This document shows, one piece after another, positions 61,401 through 64,000 of a DNA stretch of 64,000 nt. The notes beneath the pieces are model-generated. The model made no database searches. It was given only the letters and a program-made list of their open reading frames with translations, and was not told the DNA's origin. A program made the position numbers and the translations under genes. Source of the DNA: Antedon mediterranea (lineage: Eukaryota > Animalia > Echinodermata); contig NC_092671.1 in NCBI RefSeq assembly GCF_964355755.1, positions 13,454,001-13,518,000 on the forward strand. Direction: 5' to 3'. How positions within the stretch are numbered: the first letter of the stretch is position 1; every line of letters begins with the position of its first letter.

Positions 61401-63994
61401 CAAATCATTATTTTATACATCAATATGGTTCTTAATGTTGTACATAATATTTGGACACCACGAATATATATTCAGGGATCCAGTATCATGTTTCAAAGGT
61501 AAAGAGTAGTATTTCTATATTAACCGTTAAAACGCAAAATAAACATCTCCTCCCGCATCATAACTTTTTACTATTTTACTACTTCTTTCGGAATACTGCT
61601 TAACGATCCTTAAGGATCAAAACAAACAGGGTTCGTGCGCATGATATTGTATGCATGCATGATATTTAGTCTCTGATTAATTGCACAGTGGCTGTGTGAC
61701 AGTGGCTGTGTTTGTGTGGACTAGTACACCGGGGTAACCCCCTACTCGTCTCGAAAGATGTACTAGATTCTTTAAAGTGCAGATGAGCTATGTGTAGAAT
61801 GACCTACGGTTTATAGTCCTTATCGGAGAAGACTCGCTCTACCACCAGAACCATGGAGCGAGTGAGCCTCGAACCCTTGCCTATGTTATGGCTACTTAAT
61901 TACGGTTCTACTGTCTTAACCGCTCAGCCACCACTTTTGATGTATTGTTAAAGAAATGGTTATTATTCCGTTAAAAAATTGAGGGAAAAAAAGAAATCTG
62001 AAAACATTATCGCAATAGTTAAATAAACGGCATTTTTATTTTTTTGATATTTACAACCATGAAAATGATCGTTATCACCATTTTTAGAATGTTGAAAAAA
62101 TAGAAAAATTCAAATCTATCAAAATGATCTTTACAGTAGGTGTTTTAAGAAACTTGCCTTCTAGCCAAACTGTCAAGCTCTGTTATTACATTGTATAATG
62201 TATTGATAATCTTCTGTCATGTTTTATATTATTATTAATAAATGTGGGTTTGCCTGAAAGATATTTCTCAACTAACATAACTTGATGAGATGCAATAACA
62301 AAGGGTTAGCAAAACATGTTCATTTTCAATTGTTTGTAAATCTAATTATTAAATTTATAGTGATATTGGTAACTACAATAAAAATTCTCTTAACGAGACA
62401 AGAATGCTAATTAACAGTTAATGAGAAGTGCCATAATGTAATTGCAAAATATTACTATTTAAAGTCCTATTTTGCCTATTTGCACAAGTATGGCAGTTTC
62501 TTTATTAAATGATAATTATTAAAGCATGGCTTGGGTGTGGTTTTGTGGGTAGATGTCTACTGTGAGGTACACAAGGTCAGGAAGTCAAAACTGAGCCAGT
62601 TCCTGATATAAGATAGTAGTGAAACATTTTTAGGTATATTGTACTTAAATTAAATCCTTGTCTTTTTCTTTGAAATGTAAGCTTTACAAAGATGTTTTTT
62701 CTTCTCTTTTTATTTCAAGGATGGAACCCGAATGTTGATGTACCATTTGGAATTCGTTTAGTATATACTTTACAAGCAAGCTTCTATATGCATTCGGTTT
62801 TTGCAACCTTATACATGGATACTTGGCGCAAGGATAGCTATATGATGTTAATACATCATTTTCTCACGCTATCACTTATTGGATTCTCATATTTGTCTCG
62901 GTAATTTTTTAATAATCTTAACAAGCACCATCATAATAATAGTAATTGATAGAAATTATCTTGACTATATCTACAGTAGGCCTACATTAAAATAATATAG
63001 TACCACAAACCATACATTATCTGTTACACCAGAATCAACTCGTCATAATCAGTATCATAATCATTGTAATCTGTCATCATTCTAATAAAAAATCATCATC
63101 ATGGTACTGTATAAAAATGCCAATGTCACCATACATCTATTATTCATGAATTGTTATAAATGCTCAATTAAAAATAGAATTTTAAAAATAATTGATAACA
63201 TTCTTCAACTGTAAGTGCAGAAGTTTCATCAGAAAATGTAATATCGTCATTTTTCTACCACAAAATCTATCGAAATATCAACCACGCTATGTACTAATAC
63301 TGTACACAGCAACCAATTTATCTATTGTTATAAATTGTACTACTGTACTTTTCAATAAACATTGACTATATACAGTTCAGTACTTAAATAAACAGTACAA
63401 CAATGACAGTTCTATGAAGAATTATGGTGAGCACATTTATTTAATGGGTTATTTTGAGAGTGCAATAAATGCAATAATGTTTAGGTACCAGATGTTTGAT
63501 TCAGGCGATTCACATTTGTTTAAACATTTAAAGTATGTCACAAAATTAAGCTGTATTTTTTTAATTCTTAAATTTCTGGTAATTTGTATAGTAGTTCAGT
63601 AATTTAAAATTGTAATTACAGAAGAGATTATACTGCATGCAATGGTTATCTTTGTTAAACCGATCTGAGATACTAACTGTACTATTAATATAACAACTGT
63701 CACATGATATGTTGCTGATAAAAGTGGTGCAGTGGCTTAGTAGTATTCCTAATGCCTATAAAAAAATAAAGTTTTAGTTCAATTCTTGTATAAATTAATA
63801 TATAATTTTTCTGGGTTTTTTTTTTTGTATAGGTACCACAATGTAGGACTACTGGTGTTTTTCTTACACGACATCACTGATGTATTTCTGGAAAACTCTA
63901 AACTTTTGATTTACTTCAAAATACGACGTGGGAAGAAATATCCCATTAATGATCAGTTAGCTAACATCGGTTTTGCTGGATTCAGTGTTTCATG
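52193..63994 (+). CDS. CERS1: Ceramide synthase 1-like, copy B, exons 1-4; 3' part lies off the right edge
   Basis: Exons 52193-52432, 61339-61498, 62720-62900 and 63833-63994 have the same phases as copy A. Motifs SKMPESAYK, ATLYMDTWRKDS...IHH and RYHNVGLLVFFLHDITDVFLE are close to vertebrate CERS1 as recalled. Confidence 0.94.
54928..56951. mobile_element. Non-autonomous DNA transposon, probably MULE-like (2024 bp)
   Basis: TIRs AGGTATCCCAATG / CATTGGGATACCT with an exact 9-bp flanking repeat ACTTTCAGT (54919-54927, 56952-56960). The TIR/TSD boundary could also be read as a 7- or 5-bp TSD. Confidence 0.8.
59312..59971. mobile_element. Kolobok-like TTAA element, shorter inverted relative of 28939-29973
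   Basis: TIRs AATGGACCTGAAATGGATTTTC / GAAAATCCATTTCAGGTCCATT, flanks CTAA and TTAA; the body is the reverse complement of both ends of the 28939 copy. Confidence 0.82.
61339..61498 (+). CDS. CERS1: CerS1-B exon 2
   Basis: ttcag|PLVRRVQIAKRDESKMPESAYKSLFY...DPVSCFKG|gtaaag, 160 nt. Confidence 0.94.
61684..61932 (-). mobile_element. tRNA-derived SINE
   Basis: Minus strand: A-box TGGCTGAGCGG, B-box GGTTCGAGGCT, core GAGTAGGGGGTTACCCCGGTGTACT, short CACAGCCACTGT repeat tail. Confidence 0.75.
62720..62900 (+). CDS. CERS1: CerS1-B exon 3 (Lag1p HH motif)
   Basis: ttcaag|GWNPN...MDTWRKDSYMMLIHHFLTL...SR|gtaatt, 181 nt. Confidence 0.95.
63833..63994 (+). CDS. CERS1: CerS1-B exon 4
   Basis: tatag|YHNVGLLVFFLHDITDVFLE...FSVSW|gtaaaa, 162 nt. 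Confidence 0.94.
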
Positions 63995-64000
63995 GTAAAA

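Noticed and set aside
23783-63994. The two CerS1 copies as an uncollapsed haplotype artefact
   Set aside because: Protein identity is only about 50% in the best exon and the introns are unrelated, far beyond allelic divergence.

Overview
AT-rich, intron-rich animal genomic DNA. It looks like a marine invertebrate, possibly an echinoderm, but the taxon is inferred, not shown. Three spliced genes can be reconstructed by hand, each with GT-AG junctions and consistent phases. (1) A minus-strand CTDSPL2/SCP4-like CTD phosphatase has its 5' end near 22.1 kb; its catalytic exons run off the left edge. (2) A complete 7-exon, 367-aa homeodomain-less ceramide synthase 1 (CerS1/LASS1)-like gene at 23783-44542 lies head-to-head with it. 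(3) A second, tandem CerS1-like gene starts at 52193 and runs off the right edge. The two CerS1 paralogs share exon structure but are only about 50% identical in the Lag1p-motif exon. Copy B looks like canonical CERS1, while copy A has substitutions around the catalytic motif. The introns are dense with non-autonomous DNA transposons, often nested: a 2.3-kb IS3EU-like foldback element, Harbinger-, Kolobok-, piggyBac-, hAT- and MULE-like elements, and a DINE-1/Helentron-like element carrying a Pol III tRNA-like cassette. There are also two tRNA-derived SINEs and three minisatellites (35, 23 and 22 bp units). The three longest ORFs in the track are artefacts of the 23-bp minisatellite. No clearly new multi-gene system is demonstrable. 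The best leads are the asymmetrically diverged CerS1 pair and the nested or foldback elements.
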